This document shows positions 36,609-51,007 of a stretch of DNA of 64,000 nt, piece by piece. Each line of letters starts with the position of its first letter. Position 1 is the first letter of the stretch. The DNA is from Callorhinchus milii. Lineage: Eukaryota. A model generated the notes under the pieces. The model was not told where the DNA came from, did no database searches, and saw nothing but the letters and a program-made list of their open reading frames with translations. A program made the position numbers and the translations under genes. The stretch covers positions 23,624,001 through 23,688,000 of the forward strand of contig NW_024704742.1 in NCBI RefSeq assembly GCF_018977255.1. Direction: 5' to 3'.

Positions 36609-39600
36609 AATGAAATGGTTTTGATTCAATTTGCCAGCCTTTATCTTTACCAATACAATTCAAAAGTTAAGGAAACAATATGAACATAACACGTTTGCAT
36701 ATATGTAATCTTTCCTTCATATTTATCCTTTATTTGATCTACACTGAAAAGAGACATGTCCCATTCAAATCACTTTGGCAGCAGCCCGTGTAAAACAGGA
36801 AGGTGGAATTGGGAGACAGCTTTGATCACAGCCATTTCTTCCATAGTAAAAGATTACCACCACTACCTGAATTCTTAAAATTTTCTTCAAAATATACTTT
36901 CAGTTTCTAACCTAAAATAATGCACTGAAGAAATCAATTTAAAAACAATTGTATACTCTTTTAAAGTCTTTTAAATAGGCTCTGAACATGTGTGCATCTT
37001 TACTAGATGCCCTCCAACTACGGAAATGGTATTGACATTTTTAATAATTCTGCCTCGCTTATCTCTCGCTTGCTTATGACTCAGAAGTAAAAAAAAATTA
37101 ATCCCAGTTGCTGAAGGAAATTTCACATGACTTAGCATCATCTGAAATGATTAACAATTACTGCAGTACATCCGAAGGAAAGGAGAAATAGAAAAAGATG
37201 CATTAGAAATTGAAATACTGCAAAATTTAATTGCAGATATTCAGAGTATTACCACAAGGTACAATTACTAAAACTTCTTCCTCACTAAGCCTAATAAAGC
37301 ACCAAGAGGATGATGTCAACTGCAGTTTAAATTTAAAAACAAGCAGTACGAAATCTAATTATAAGCAAGCACCTTATTCCTGAAAGTATTAACGAAAGCT
37401 GGAATTTGGCCTTGATCATCATTCCTGCTGCTTTATATGTGGTCTGAGAATTTACACTGTTCAAGTTTTAATCATACATTCAATTTCACTTAATTAATCC
37501 TTCCATTTAATATAGCCCCTATGATGTTGAAACATCTCAAAGAGCTTCACAGCTATGAGCGATTGATAAACCCTGACAATGCAAGATACTGAACAGAGTT
37601 GAAGGTGAAGCAATGGGTTAAGTGCTCTGAGACGCTACCCTGCGTGGACGGTGCTATATAAGTACAAGTTGTTGTTAAAAATGTTTCCATAGATAATTTA
37701 GCTTGTTCATTTGGGGTCAGAATCAGAAACTCCTCAATGCTGTAGAAGGTACATAAAATACAGAACGAATAATACTTATGAACTCAGGTTGAAAAAAATT
37801 CCAAATAATTTAGCAGAGGGCAAAGGTGAATAGTGGGTGAATACACAAGGGACCAGACATTATTCCTAACCCAGACTGATGGGATGAAAGTCTTCATCAT
37901 ATGAAGCAAAGTAGCAGAGGAACATTTCCAAGCAGTCCACTGGTTTGTGGAATACTTTAACCAGACTTGGTATTAGTCTGGGAGACCAGTTGAGTTGTGT
38001 CATTTTAAATGCACTATAAACAATTTTAAAATGATTGTTTCAACTGGTTTATTTGATCCAAAATAATTTTACTTCATCCTTTCCTGCATCCATGCTAATT
38101 TATTGAACTATAGCTTGTTACTGTGCTACCTTATTTGAATTCACTGAAAAAAATCTTAAATTATGCTTTATAGCAATAACTACAATAATATCACACAGAT
38201 CATTCACGTTATTGAGTAGTGACCTTATCCGAGTAGTGTTGATTTTGGGACTACGCTGGCTTAGAAGGGGCGAAGGCCAATCTGGTTATGCTCGTCCCTT
38301 TTCAAGCCAGCACGGTCCAAACGCAGGTCAAGCTTGCGACATCCGAGACCTGTGTGCAAACAATTCCTTTAAGGATCCGAGTTCCTGGGGATGCAGCAGA
38401 GAGGCTTCCTCTGACACGTTTACAAAGTCCAGGATCAAGCAGTGAAGTGGACCTATGGCAAACACAGAAAGTGCCTGCAGGGAGGGAGGGCTACACTGAT
38501 ATGTCACAAAGTACCTGGAGGCAGATTCACAGTCTATTTGCCAAGAACCCTCGCACAAGGCCCTAGTAAAATTAATTTTAAAGAGATATTTAACTGGGAA
38601 GGTATAAATGATATGCTTGCTGCAGACAGAACCAGTGTTACCAGAAACTGCTCTGCAACATCATATTCTGTGCATTCCTACAGTGAAACAGAAACTGCTG
38701 CACATGCACACACATTTGTTTCAATGTAGTTTCAAGTCAGATTTGCAACTTCATCTTTGGCAGCAGAGAAGGTGTATAATCAAACAAAGTATGTGGTGAC
38801 TTGAAAATTGAGGTGCAAGCAGCTATGCTTTCTAGCTGCAAGCAGGCTGTCGCTCAGCCCATCTATACGTTAACACTGAAAATGCCCATTTTTAATCACG
38901 GCAACTTCTAGAGAGGCTACATTGAGGTTAAAATTCTGCACACAGAAACATTTACATAATGTTTCAACTTAATAACTTTCCAAATGCTGTATTCTTTGGT
39001 GCAGGTACCTTCCCCCATTGTATGAGAAGACCCATAAAAGTGAAAATATTTCAATGTCTTCTTCCCCACCCCCACAAGCACTCCTCAACTCCCTCACCCC
39101 CAACTCTTGGGCTCCCAGTCAGCTGTGTGAAGTGTCCAAGACACTCTCCCAATGTGAAAGGCACTATATAAATTGTTCTTGAAAGCACACTTATCAAGGA
39201 ATATATATGGAAAGGAAATAGAAAAACCACAAGTTAGCAAAAAGATTTGGAATTCGCATTGAATCAAGTGGATGAATTGATTACTCTTGACCACCATAAA
39301 GGAACAAAATTCTGTAGAATTACACTGTGTGGTATTTACCCAGTGTTTTCTCATGGTAAATTCTGCCAAGCTAAGTTAATCACAGTTAAACTCACGTGAT
39401 GAACTCAGAAATCCAGTTTGACAGCAATGCAGTCACCATATTTGCAATGTTATTGTTGCCCCCGATGCAGTTAAAGTAGCTGGTTTAATGTTCAAGGTGT
39501 GCCATGCCAAGTCTTTAATGCTCACGTCAGCTAAAGGTTAAAGGTAATCTGTATAGCATCACAAAAGAGTTGTTTGCTGGGATTTCTTGTTGGATACTTG

Positions 39601-40235
39601 AACATTCGTTTATAGGGTAGCTCTGCTGGAAGGAATTCCGATTTCACCAGATCTCACTCCAAACAATTTCATACAGCACCAAAGACAAATTGTGAAAAAC
39701 ACAAAGGGCCATTTACAAAAAAGCTTGAATTTTTAAAGAGGGTTATAAAGGTGAAACATCTCAGATGCTTTACATTAATTTCTGTCAAGTGTAGGAACTG
39801 CTGCTGAAAACAAATCTGGCAGACGTTTGATTTCAGAAACAGTCATGAGCTGAATGAACAATTTGTCTGAAGGATTGTTCACCAGGACACAAGGAGAAAC
39901 AGCCTTCTCTTTTTCAAACAATGTCACGTGATATTTAACAGGCAGACAGGACCTCAAATTAACATCTCATCTGAAGGACTGCACTTCAAACAGCACTGGA
40001 CTCGAAGCATAGAGTGACACTTGATCCAATTTTCTAACCCATAATAAGTTATTAATTATTATTATCCTAATCATAAACTAGCAAACTGTAAATAAAACAA
40101 AGTTAGGAATTTCAATAGAGAATGTATTAATTTAATTGTTTTATTCTACCATCCCTCCCCCAACTCAGGTGCCACACCAGCTCAGGTGCTCCTCCAGCCC
40201 TGTGAAGCGCTTTGAGATGTCCTGACATGAAAGAT

Positions 40236-41095
40236 TGTCACAGTCACCCCCCCTCTTTTACATAATCTGTCTGTCTTTAACAATTATATGTTCTGTTTAG
40301 TATATGCATTAACCTGTTGAAAGTGTTTAATGTTTCTATTATGTAGTTTAAAGCATTGATTGCTTAAATGAGGTTATTGTCTGACCCGAATGCGCTCAGG
40401 TATACCCGTACAAACACCGAAAGTTCGGAAAAGAACTAGCGCATGCACATATCAGTTTTCAGTGTAATATTCATTTAAATACGTTTTTAATATAACTAAA
40501 GAAGATTGTGACCCGGATGGTGCCATCAAGTCTCCAGGTCAGTTGCAATAATTTGGTGGGGTAACTTACCATTCTAACATGCAAATGATGATTGGAAAGT
40601 GTACTTGTCCACTGTTGGACAACTGATGGGAGGATTCTGAATGGAGACTATAGAAAGGGCACCAATGGTGCAGATACATTCGGACTGGATACCCTAAAAT
40701 GGGGAGGGGCACTCTACCCTTAAAAGGAAGAGCACAAGATTGCTCTTGGGGGGCTTCTACTTCATAATATCAGAAAGGTACGTGTCTTGACCGGTTAGAG
40801 GTACAAACCCTCTGAGTCAAGAGTTGGTTCAGTGCACATACATTAACCTCGTATTTAATAGGCTGCTAGCTAGTAGTTGTTAAAGTTGATTAGTTATTTG
40901 TGTAATTCATGGTTGTGTAATTCATTGCTATTTGTCGAAATCACTTGAGAACTATTCCTGAGGAGTTTGGCACTCTGAACGAAACTGAACAGTATAAAAA
41001 ATACTGTTGAGTTTTCTTAACCGTGTCTCAATCAAGCTCTCTGTTAATTTTCAATACGAGAGGGAGTAACGCAAACAGTTTCAGCCTAGGTCACA
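40236..41095. mobile_element. Solo LTR (860 bp)
   Basis: Starts TGTCACA and ends GGTCACA (TG...CA). The 5-bp flanks aagat / aaggt match 4/5 as a TSD. It interrupts an L2/SINE-type tail (tgtgaagcgctttgagatgtcctgacatgaaag|). No ORF. Confidence 0.7.
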
Positions 41096-41144
41096 AAGGT
41101 ATTCAAAATAAACCTCTGATTGACTGAAGTGTCCCAGTTTGCAT

Positions 41145-41346
41145 CTCTGACCTGCTGACTCCCTACCAACCTGCCCGCTCCCTCCGTTCAGCAGGCTCCA
41201 TGTCTCCCGTCTGACTCGCTCTACTTTCGGTGGCCGGGCTTTCCGTCTCTCTTGAATCTGCATCTTGAAGTCAATCCGTTCGGTGATGGGGAGCCAGCGG
41301 AGCCTGGCCAGAACTGTTAAGATGTGGGTACGGAGTTTGGTCCAGG
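41145..41346. mobile_element. L2 fragment with internal inversion
   Basis: 41145-41250 (+) encodes DLLTPYQPARSLRS. 41252-41346 (-) encodes LARLRWLPITERIDFK, the segment that normally precedes it. Confidence 0.65.
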
Positions 41347-41497
41347 TAAATATTACAAATTAAGGGTGTAAAACCATCTCAAGACACTATCAATGGAAAT
41401 TGTATTGTACGCTTACAAGTAGCCAAACCAGACCAATAATTCTACATTATATGTACCACCTCTATATGGATCTGTTCTACTGGACACCTGTGAGGTG

Positions 41498-41765
41498 GCA
41501 TAGGAACAAGAGTAGGCCATTCAGTCCATCAAGCCTGTTCAGACAAGCAATTAGATTATGGCTGATCTGTACCTCAACTAATCCTTTCAATTCCAATTTC
41601 CACTTTCTCCCCATATCCCTTAATACCCTGATCTACCAAAAATCTATCAACTTCACTTTTGAAGATGTGGATGGATCTAGCATCCACGGCATTTTGGGGG
41701 AGAGAATTCCAGATTTCTACCACCCTTTTGAGTGAAAAAATGCTTCCCAAGTCTATGATCAAATG
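41498..41765 (-). mobile_element. CR1 LINE 3' end
   Basis: Encodes FSLKRVVEIWNSLPQNAVDARSIHIFKSEVDRFLVDQGIKGYGEK, with 3' UTR ...ctgaatggcctactcttgttcctat. Confidence 0.88.
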
Positions 41766-44700
41766 AGATTCAAATTACTTATTTGTACCTCTCATTTTAA
41801 ACCTACAGATGAGGATCATCAGACCAAGACCACGCAAGTAGTGTTCTGCTGAAATCCAGGAGACTCTCTACAGGAGACATTTGCTTCTAAAGGATAGTGG
41901 AAGAGTAGAGACACCTTTACTCAGGTGTGTCCAGAACACAGGTCATTCTTCAGAAACTGCTCAGTTCTCGCCATAAAACTCTCCGCAAAGCAAGGCCTAT
42001 AGTACTCTCACCATAAGAGAATAACAGTGAAACTATGATGCTTTCAAGCAGCAAATCATGAAGGACTGCAGGGAATGCATTGTACAAACCTACGAGTAAT
42101 CAGCTAAAGGTTAGATTCAAAACAAAACCACACCAGTGATACATTGATTTAGTCTAAATAACAGATTATAAAAGGAAAAACGCATCTTCAAGCAAAGAGA
42201 CATAACCAGCACTGCCATTTTGAATTTATATCTCTGAACGTGAAAGAATACTGTCAGTGTAACCTACATATAAAAATTATGAATTAAAATTTGCAGAAAT
42301 AACCTGGAACCCGTTTTGAGAAAACAGAGTAATCTTTAGATTAAGACAAAAGCAAACTGCTCTTTTAAAAGACCTAGCTGCAAATACTCAGCTCAACATG
42401 TATGAAAGCAAATAAAAATACAAATTCACTGCATCTTTTTATAAAGAATACAGCAATACTATACTAGATCCAGATGAGCTAAAGGTAAATTTCATTGGTG
42501 TATAAAAGTTATTTCCTTTCATATAAACAAAACACGTCACAACAATAGTGGGGTATAGGAAAGAAGAGAGGAAAGTACAGTAGCTGATTCCAGCCGTTAG
42601 AGGTAAAACTAGAATCAGCCCGATAGGCCAATAGTGTACTACTCTGTGGATTCTGATTTCATTAATGATCAAAGAGAACAGATACAATTATCACTTTCTA
42701 AATCATTGATGGGCTCTATGATCACTTTAAGCACACTGGAGAAATGAAACAATTCAGAAAACTCAGAACATTGGCTTATTTGGAGATACAATTTCCTGAA
42801 GAATATCTGGTTCAATGAAGCTGTATTCTTCATAAATCAACAGGTCAGCATCTACAACAGGGATTTTTTTTTGCATTCAATTTTGCAAAGGTACAAGAAG
42901 ACAAACTTACTATGCCCACCTACTTTGCTATGAGAAGAAACTCTGGTACTCTTTTCCTATAATAAACAATAATCTTTGCATTTAGCAATAGTGCCTTTCA
43001 CATTGTATTTATAGACGAACACAGCAGCCCAACTGCACATAGTAACAACCATGAAGTGAATAATCAATTTTGTTTTGGGGGATTGTTACCTAGGACATTT
43101 GGAGAAACTCCCTTCTCTTTACGAAAAGTGCCGTGAGATCTTTTTATGTCCACCTGAACAGGCAGATGGGACCTCGGTTTAAGGTCTCATCTGAAGAACA
43201 CCACCTCCACCTTTGCAGCACACCCCAGCAGTGCATTAGACCCTGAATCAGCCACCTGAGCCAGGCTGATGCACACACTTAGTAATACAGTGTACAAAGT
43301 TGGGAATGAACTTTCTGGCACCGTGGAGAATGCTGGTTCACATCAATGTTTCACACATAACTGAATTTGCAATCTCAGTCACAAATCCATGTGAGAAAGA
43401 AAAACCAGAATAAGTAAAATCAGTGGGTCGAATGTTCGTTTGACTGGAAACTTTCTAGACTTCTACAGTTCATTAACTAGTAGTTTTCCCCAAAATAGTT
43501 ACAACACAACACTTTCTAAAAGTTAGTTACAATACATTGAAAGTTTTGCAGCAGAGAAGCATCCTCAGCCATGGATGCTGTGACTCTTGAGAAATCCCAT
43601 AAGGCATAAATAAAATGTAGAGAAGGGAAAAAAAAACTTTTCCATTTACATTCCATTTCAGCAGGACAGCTCAGAAGACAGCACAGATGGAGTGAAGTTG
43701 AGGTCACAAACACTGGTGTCAGTATGCAAATGAATATCACGTCTCAGGTGTACAGTTTCAAAGCAACTGATGCAATGGAAAATTGACCCAGTGGTTTATT
43801 TTGCTCACACTCTTCCCAAACAATAAGCAAAACTCATGAGGTAAAAACAAGACTACAAGCTCATGCAGCAACAGAAAAACAGGTTTCTGAAACTGATATA
43901 ATGCAGCATAAATTATTTAAGCAAAAATTACTAAAAAAAAGTTGTTAGAATATAAATGCATTCAAAGCACAAGGGCATCATCTCTTACTGACATCAACAG
44001 TAAAATTTCAAGCAGCATAGGCAAAATAAATGCAATGCACCTGGTGTTGATTGATTATTGCAGATGCTTCCTTAAGACACAGGAAGAGATTATTATACAA
44101 TTTCACCTGGAACAGATTGCAGAAACAGGAACCTACGATTTTTCCAGTTAGGTTAATAAGCCTATTCAATTTGTGAAATAAAAGAGAAAAATTAATTAAT
44201 ATGGACAATTGATATTCTTGGGTAATTGACAACATAATAAACCCTCTGTTTCTTTACCTCCCATCCTAAAATAGTAATCCAAACAACTGTTTAAGCCATT
44301 TTCTAGCTCAACCAATTTAATACTCACATTTGCACCTCATCAGAGGTTGTCACATCCTACTTAATTGACCAATTAGACCACTGCTTCAAAAACAAGAGCA
44401 ATTTGACTTGGTATCTACTAACATGAAAAGTCGTATTGATTGTAGCAAGTCTTACCATTAAGTTAACCACAGAGTAATAACCCCAATGAATGCAATTAAA
44501 TGCACTGTCCTCTGCACACTAATTAGTGCTAAAATACACTTTTATCATATAAAAAAGGGTATCTAGCAATTTTACTGCAATTACTATTCAATAACGATCA
44601 ACAATGATTTTAGCATGCAATAGGACTTCTTTGTGGACTAAGGAGGAGGATGTCCAAGCATTTATTCCTTGCCTGATAATCACCAGAACATTTCTCAAAC

Positions 44701-47700
44701 TAAACAATTATGGACATTTATGGCGAAGTACAATCTGCAGCTCTAATTGGTTTAATGCATACCGCAAGGCTCACACCAGTAACTCCTCAGAGATCATTCT
44801 CTTCCTCTAGTTCTTTTTGAAGACATCTCCAGCAAGATATTGCACATATTTAGAGCAGATGCAAAACAAAAATTGGTTCCTGAAAAGCAGCTCTAAAAAT
44901 ACTTGCTCTTGAGGTACTTAAAATCAAAGCAAAGGGAGATCTAGATATTGGAAGCCAAGAGTACACAACTGACAAAGAAATAACCATTACATTCCGATGA
45001 ACAGATCAATTATAATATCATCTCAAACAAACAACTCATATACAGCAAAATCAAAATCAATAGTAGAATAAATAATAATCTTCACATTTGGCATAGCGCT
45101 TTTCACATCGGGGGATGTAAATAGGCTCTAGGCAATAATATGAAAATTCTGATTACGGTTAAAACTTCAACTTGGGCTTTTACCAACCAATACTCCAAAA
45201 GAGAACTAGTCAAGCATGCATACTGCAGTGCATGGATGTAAAGCTAAGCTGACTAAAGACCACCGAGCCAGGAAAGTGCAGTGCTGCATACATATCTGAT
45301 GTGCCAATTATGTCTGAATATATAAAAGGATGGTTACATTCTACATGGACACACTGGAAATCAGAACTTTTGTTTCATTAGATTGGCAATTATTCATTGA
45401 TTAAAAGAATCAGACCACTTTATTGGCTTGATTTAATAACTCACTGGAGTTTACAGAACACTGCTGCATTTTTGACAAGATACTTTGGTTTCTGAGCTAT
45501 GCAATTAAATATTTTATCAACCATCAATACGTTTGAACACTTAAACCAAAAGATGTTCAGCAGCCTTGTGTGAATTACCGAAACAAAGCGAGTTGCTCAA
45601 TATAGTAAATACCCACAGGCAAAATAAAGAAATCTAGGAAGATACCAGTACTGGTAATACTACAGGACCTCACTTGCCTTTTAATGCATGTAAAATAAAG
45701 CAGGGAATGCAATCCACACCTGCCAAAACATTCTCGCACATAAAGGAAAGATTGTTGTGTAACTTTTATGACAATGTCCACTTACGCCTACACCAATACC
45801 TTTAGGCCAGGAATTAATTGGTTTCTGTTCAGTTGAACATATAAGATATCCTCTCTAGGGCTTAATGGATAACCTCACTGTTTGATGCAACAGTGTGCCA
45901 AACAGACTAGCAACGTCCTAGGTTTAGCCCCGGATTTGTGCAAAATAAGTGATCTCAGTCAGGGCAACAGTAGGAGAACCAATGACCTCCATGATCTTGA
46001 CTTGGATAATGTAGAAAAAAAAGAAAGTCTGCCAATGTGACACAACCCAATGACAAGGCAGTGACTCCTGCTAGAAAAGCAAGCATATCAAATGAGGACA
46101 GGAGCAAGCTCAAATGTGACAACCTACTTCCTCCTCTTTCCCCCCCACCCCTGCCAACAAACAACCTGAAAAGTGGAGTCCTGTATATTCTGTGAAGTGC
46201 TTTGAGACATCTCGAAGACTTGATAAGGCACTATATAAAATGCAAGGATTATTATTATCGGTGAGGAGTACATTTGGGGGGGGGGAAAAAATCGAGGAAA
46301 GAGGTGAGAAACGCATGACTGCGTTTCAGCAGCTTTTGAAGTAAGAAACTCAGAGCGTTAAAGCAGAATGCGAAATAATGGCCATCGTCTGGATATTCAG
46401 GTTGCCACTGAATTTCTGTGGTCTCATAACGTAGAAGAAATGCAACACCACTTATTTTGCAAAGTAAGATCAGCAGCACAGGAAATGACATTAACAGCAG
46501 CCTAACAACCCAGATAACAGCTAGTTTGTGCCAGTAGCGAACTGAGCTTTCGGCAACCACAGGCCTACATTAAAAACAAGCTTGCACTCAGTAAAGCACT
46601 CAATGACAAGGCTGCCCTGTATTTCCTCATTCACGTCTGAAGAATCAGATGATTGTTTACCAAGACAAATAAGTGCCGAGGACCATTTTCCACCTAGATC
46701 CCAGTGTGCACCTACCCAGTTCCTAATACTAAGTAAATGCCGAATAGATTCAATAGCACTAAGGCACGAATGTACCATTAGTTTCAATTCCTACACAATT
46801 TTTTGAGCACATGTTCTTTACTTTGAGAGCAGACACTGTTTAATGCCTATGCTGGGGGTGGGGGGGAATCACAGGCTATCAGTAAATAGAGTTGTGTTTA
46901 CAATGCACAGCAACACAAATATAGAATTTGGATCACAGAAAAGAGATGTTCTGCACATCTATTCCCTGGCAGCCACAAACTATAATAGAACTCCTTCAAT
47001 CTCATTTAAAATTCATTAATATGAAGAAGTGAAAACTACTACTTCTAGTTTGTGGCTTTCACAAAATAGATGGGTAGACCTTCCCTTTGCTGTATCCCAA
47101 GTTCTCTGCAAAGTGTTTCCCTCTTCACTTCCAGTCAGTCATTTTAATCCAAATTTTCTCCCTTTCTCCTGAAGATAGTTATCTCATGCCAGGTACAGCT
47201 GAAGACCACCAGTATCAATTCAAAAATAGAAGGGGGTTTCTCCCTTTGTCCTGGCCAACTATCCTCCGATAAAAATTGATCATGTACTTCATGGCTGTTT
47301 GTGGGGTACCGATATGCACAAATGGCCTGCCTCATCTGCCTACAGATAGTCACTACACTTCTTAGTAAATCCTATGAAGTGCTTTGAGATATCAATATCA
47401 TAAGGAACTGTATTAAATACAAGGATTATTTTATAGAAAAAATATTTAAATAGCATCTCCTCTTGCTTTACCTTGGTCTTGTATTACTTTTCCTATCTTT
47501 CTCCAAAATGTAATCAATTGCTCTGCTAAAATGGTTTCATCTGACCTCACTCACCAATAATTTAAGGTACACGCTCACAAATTCACAAGTTACAGATAAG
47601 ACCTGTACATGAGAAGTTACCAACAATCTCCACCCATGTCCAGGTCTCAGGATGTAGTATTGAAATAAGACATTCCAAGCCACTTTTTAAATGTCAAGCA

Positions 47701-48067
47701 ACAACGCTGGGAAAAAAACAAAGGGCGATTTGAGTGAATCGGAGTGTGGAATTCTATGTGATGCACAGCAATGTTGATAAGTGCACCCCAAATCAGAATT
47801 CATTAATTTGAAATTGTGTCAGCTATTCTTCTTATATCCTTCATTTCTGTTGTAGTGCCTGAATTCCCAAATTGATTGGTTTTGAAACGATCGACCATTC
47901 ATCCACTTTACAAATTTGAAACTTTTGTTAAGTCAATTTGAAGTCTCCTCCCTTCTAACAGGTTATCACCCAACTTCCATAACCTTCCTTCATAACTTAT
48001 AACTCCTTTGCATTACCAAAATTCAGTAATGCTAGACTCTGGCCACCAGGGTTGTCCAATATTATAA

Positions 48068-48380
48068 GTCCTGTAGCTCAATGGTTAGAGCACTTGCCTT
48101 GCAAGCAAGACACCTGGGTTCAATTCCAGACAGGGCGAAACCCTTGGGCAAGTTTCCTTACTCCACACGCCTAATAATAATCCCTCCAAAACAAAACAAT
48201 AATAAATTGGTCATTTTCAATCCACGACTGTTTGTGGGACACTGCTGTGCGCAATTGGCTGCCGCGTTTCACCCACAAATATACAGTCAATTCACTTTAA
48301 AGCATATTCTGTGAAGTGCTTTGAGATGTCTCGAAGACGTGAAAAGCGCTATATCAAATGCAAGGATTATTATTATTATT
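48068..48380 (+). mobile_element. Full-length tRNA-derived SINE
   Basis: Head gtcctgtagctcaatggttagagcac...gggttcaattcc, shared body, hairpin tail and (ATT)n. Confidence 0.9.
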
Positions 48381-49036
48381 ATATCAGCCGCACATGGTGA
48401 ATTGAGAAGCCAGATGTGGCTAAACTGCATTTTTGATTAGTGAACAAAAAAAGGAGTAATAAATACCGTCATTGTGATCTCAATACTCATTTGCACAGCG
48501 TGTGCATGTGTACTTTGTTGGTAAAATGTTAAGATGAGAAGCAGTGTGTGCAAGCTTCTTTTTTGTCATTGGGTTCTTTAATTCCTCAGTTATGGTTTAT
48601 CGGTTATCCACTAACATGGGTGAAAACGCTTAACGTGGCACGTCTCACAAAAGAAAGACGTGCCCCTGCTCTCCATCCAAGCGCTGCTTGCCCTTTGCCA
48701 TGCTCTGCTGGAGCTGCTCGCTATTGCCTGGACTTGCTTTCCCCTGCTGGCCTGGGAAAGTTATTCCGGTTGGTTGGAATGACCACGATTGACAGATTTC
48801 TGGATACAAAATAGCAATTTAAATTTGGTTACTGGTGAAAGGAAAAGTAGCACTGTTAGCACTGATTCGCACTGAATTATGGAAGAGGTTTATTAAGAAA
48901 ATATACATGCAAACGTACATGTGAAGTATATTTTACCTCTATTGTGTGAGTTTATGTAAGGAGATTTCTTCTAAAATTAGTGCATGTGGCTAAATGGTTT
49001 CATCATAGCCACACCAGCAGCTAGTCAGCGATTTCT

Positions 49037-49365
49037 GGAGTCCTGTAGTTTAGTGGTTAGAGCATTCGCCTTGCAAGCAAGAGGACCTGGGTTTGATTCC
49101 CGGCAGGGCAAAACGTCAGGCAAATTTCCTTTCTCCACACGCCTCGGTTTACCTAGCAGTTAAGCAGGAACCCAGTTTTTAGTTGATTGGCTGATCGCTT
49201 TTTCATGGATAATAATCACTTCAAAATAAATAATAATTTGGTGACTCAATCCATGACTTTGTACGACACTGTTTGTACAGTCAATCCAATTTACAGTACA
49301 TTCTGTGAAGCGCATTGAGATGTCTCAAAGAGATAAGGCTATATCAAATGCTAGGATTATTATTA
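49037..49365 (+). mobile_element. Full-length tRNA-derived SINE
   Basis: Same family as 48068: tRNA-like head, shared body and (ATT)n tail. Confidence 0.88.
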
Positions 49366-49879
49366 TATTGGACAATACCGTTCTAAATGCAAAGCAGATT
49401 CTACGCCACCAATGTTAAAAGATTGCATATTCACAAATTTGCACACATGCAATTGTTTTTAAATCATGAATGGAAACTCCATTCTGTCACGTACCTTTCT
49501 TGATCTCAGAAGCCCAATGACACAGAAACCACATTACTCACAAAGCCAGACCAAGAAAATGGATCTGATTTGTGATTACTTTCTATATAGTGTTTTCCCA
49601 CTTAGCAGACTCTAGTTCTCTTGTACTACAATTAAATAACTAATTTTGCTTCCTTTTCTGGTTGTTACTCTGGTGGTGAGATCAGTGAGAGTGAGGAAAA
49701 AAAGCATTTGGAATTCATTTTCTTCTACTCCAAATACTAGGCACCCATTTTCACAGCTCTTAGTTTTGCTTTAGTTTGATTATTAATCTGCTCCAATTAG
49801 GTGCAGGCAATTGTAGTAAATGTTAATTTCTTAGTAATAAAACAATGCAATTTTTTTTTAAATTACGATGTAATAAATG

Positions 49880-49985
49880 TTATAATTGAGCAATTGTACA
49901 ATCTAACTCCTTAGTATTGTACTAAGCATTGTACTTGGTATTGTACTAATGCTCCTTGAGCAATTGCTCCTTAACAATTGTACCA
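49880..49985. repeat. Degenerate short tandem repeat (attgtact/caattg units, ~11-nt period)
   Basis: tagtattgtac taagcattgtac ttggtattgtac taatg... Confidence 0.6.
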
Positions 49986-50735
49986 CACTAACAACTTGTA
50001 CCTGTATAGCACATTTCAAGTCAGGAGAACATTGCAACATGCTTTACAAAGACAGGAACCAGAATTGGGAAGAAGTAGGAATAGTTGGGAGCTGGCCAAA
50101 AGTGGAAAGACACTCTCCCTTACCCAACCCTCCCTCCTCCCCGCTCGGGTCCAAATCCCTGACTGCCCAGGGCCTTGGGACATCCTCTCGACATGAATTG
50201 CGCGATACAAATGTAATTTTGTATTGTATTTACATCCATAACATTTTTATTAAAATAAGCTTTAATGATCCAAATCAATTTACTCAAAAAGTAGTGAAAT
50301 GCTAAAATTGTGGCCTTTTAACTAAAACTTCATGAAGGCAGCAACCTGTTGTATTTCTCATCGTGTCATTGATTTGCAAACCAACAGCTAAGTTTATTTA
50401 CTTATAGTATGATATCTATAAAGTTACTCATACAAATCGAGATGGGATTCAGTCTCTTGTGATTTAAGAGTTTGATATTTTTAATGCAATATAGTTAATT
50501 TGGAGCTAACTATTCGGTCAGCAACACTTTGATTTTCTTGTGATTGAAATAATATCCAGCTTTTCACCTCCAAGTTTTATGTGTGACTTTCTGCTATAAA
50601 AATAGTCTTCCTTTGAGTACATTTGGATGAGATGGCCATTACACGTACTTAAGATGTATTTTTACTATAATAGTATTTAAATTCTTCAAGAATCATAGCT
50701 GAAATGTGATGGCATCTAAATCATGCTTCCTTCCA

Positions 50736-51007
50736 AAGTAAGCAAGAGACCGGGTTTGATTAAGGTCAGGGCGAACCTTGGGCAAGTTTCCTTACTCCAC
50801 ACGCCTAATAATAATCCCTCAAGAAAAAATAATAATAAATTGGTCACTTCAATCCATGACTATTTGTGGAACACTGCTGTGCGCAATTGGCTGCCGTGTT
50901 TCACCCACAAATATACTTAGCTTTACAGTATATTCTGTGAAGTGCTTTGCGATATCTAGAAGATGTGAAAAGCGCTACATCAAATGCAAGGATAATAATA
51001 ATAATAT
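50736..51007 (+). mobile_element. tRNA-derived SINE, 5'-truncated
   Basis: Very similar to 48100-48380. Confidence 0.85.

Noticed and set aside
48068..48140. tRNA-like sequences (also at 49037, 55289, 57010, 57590, 20130)
   Set aside because: These are SINE heads. Each continues into the shared SINE body and tail and lacks an intact cloverleaf.
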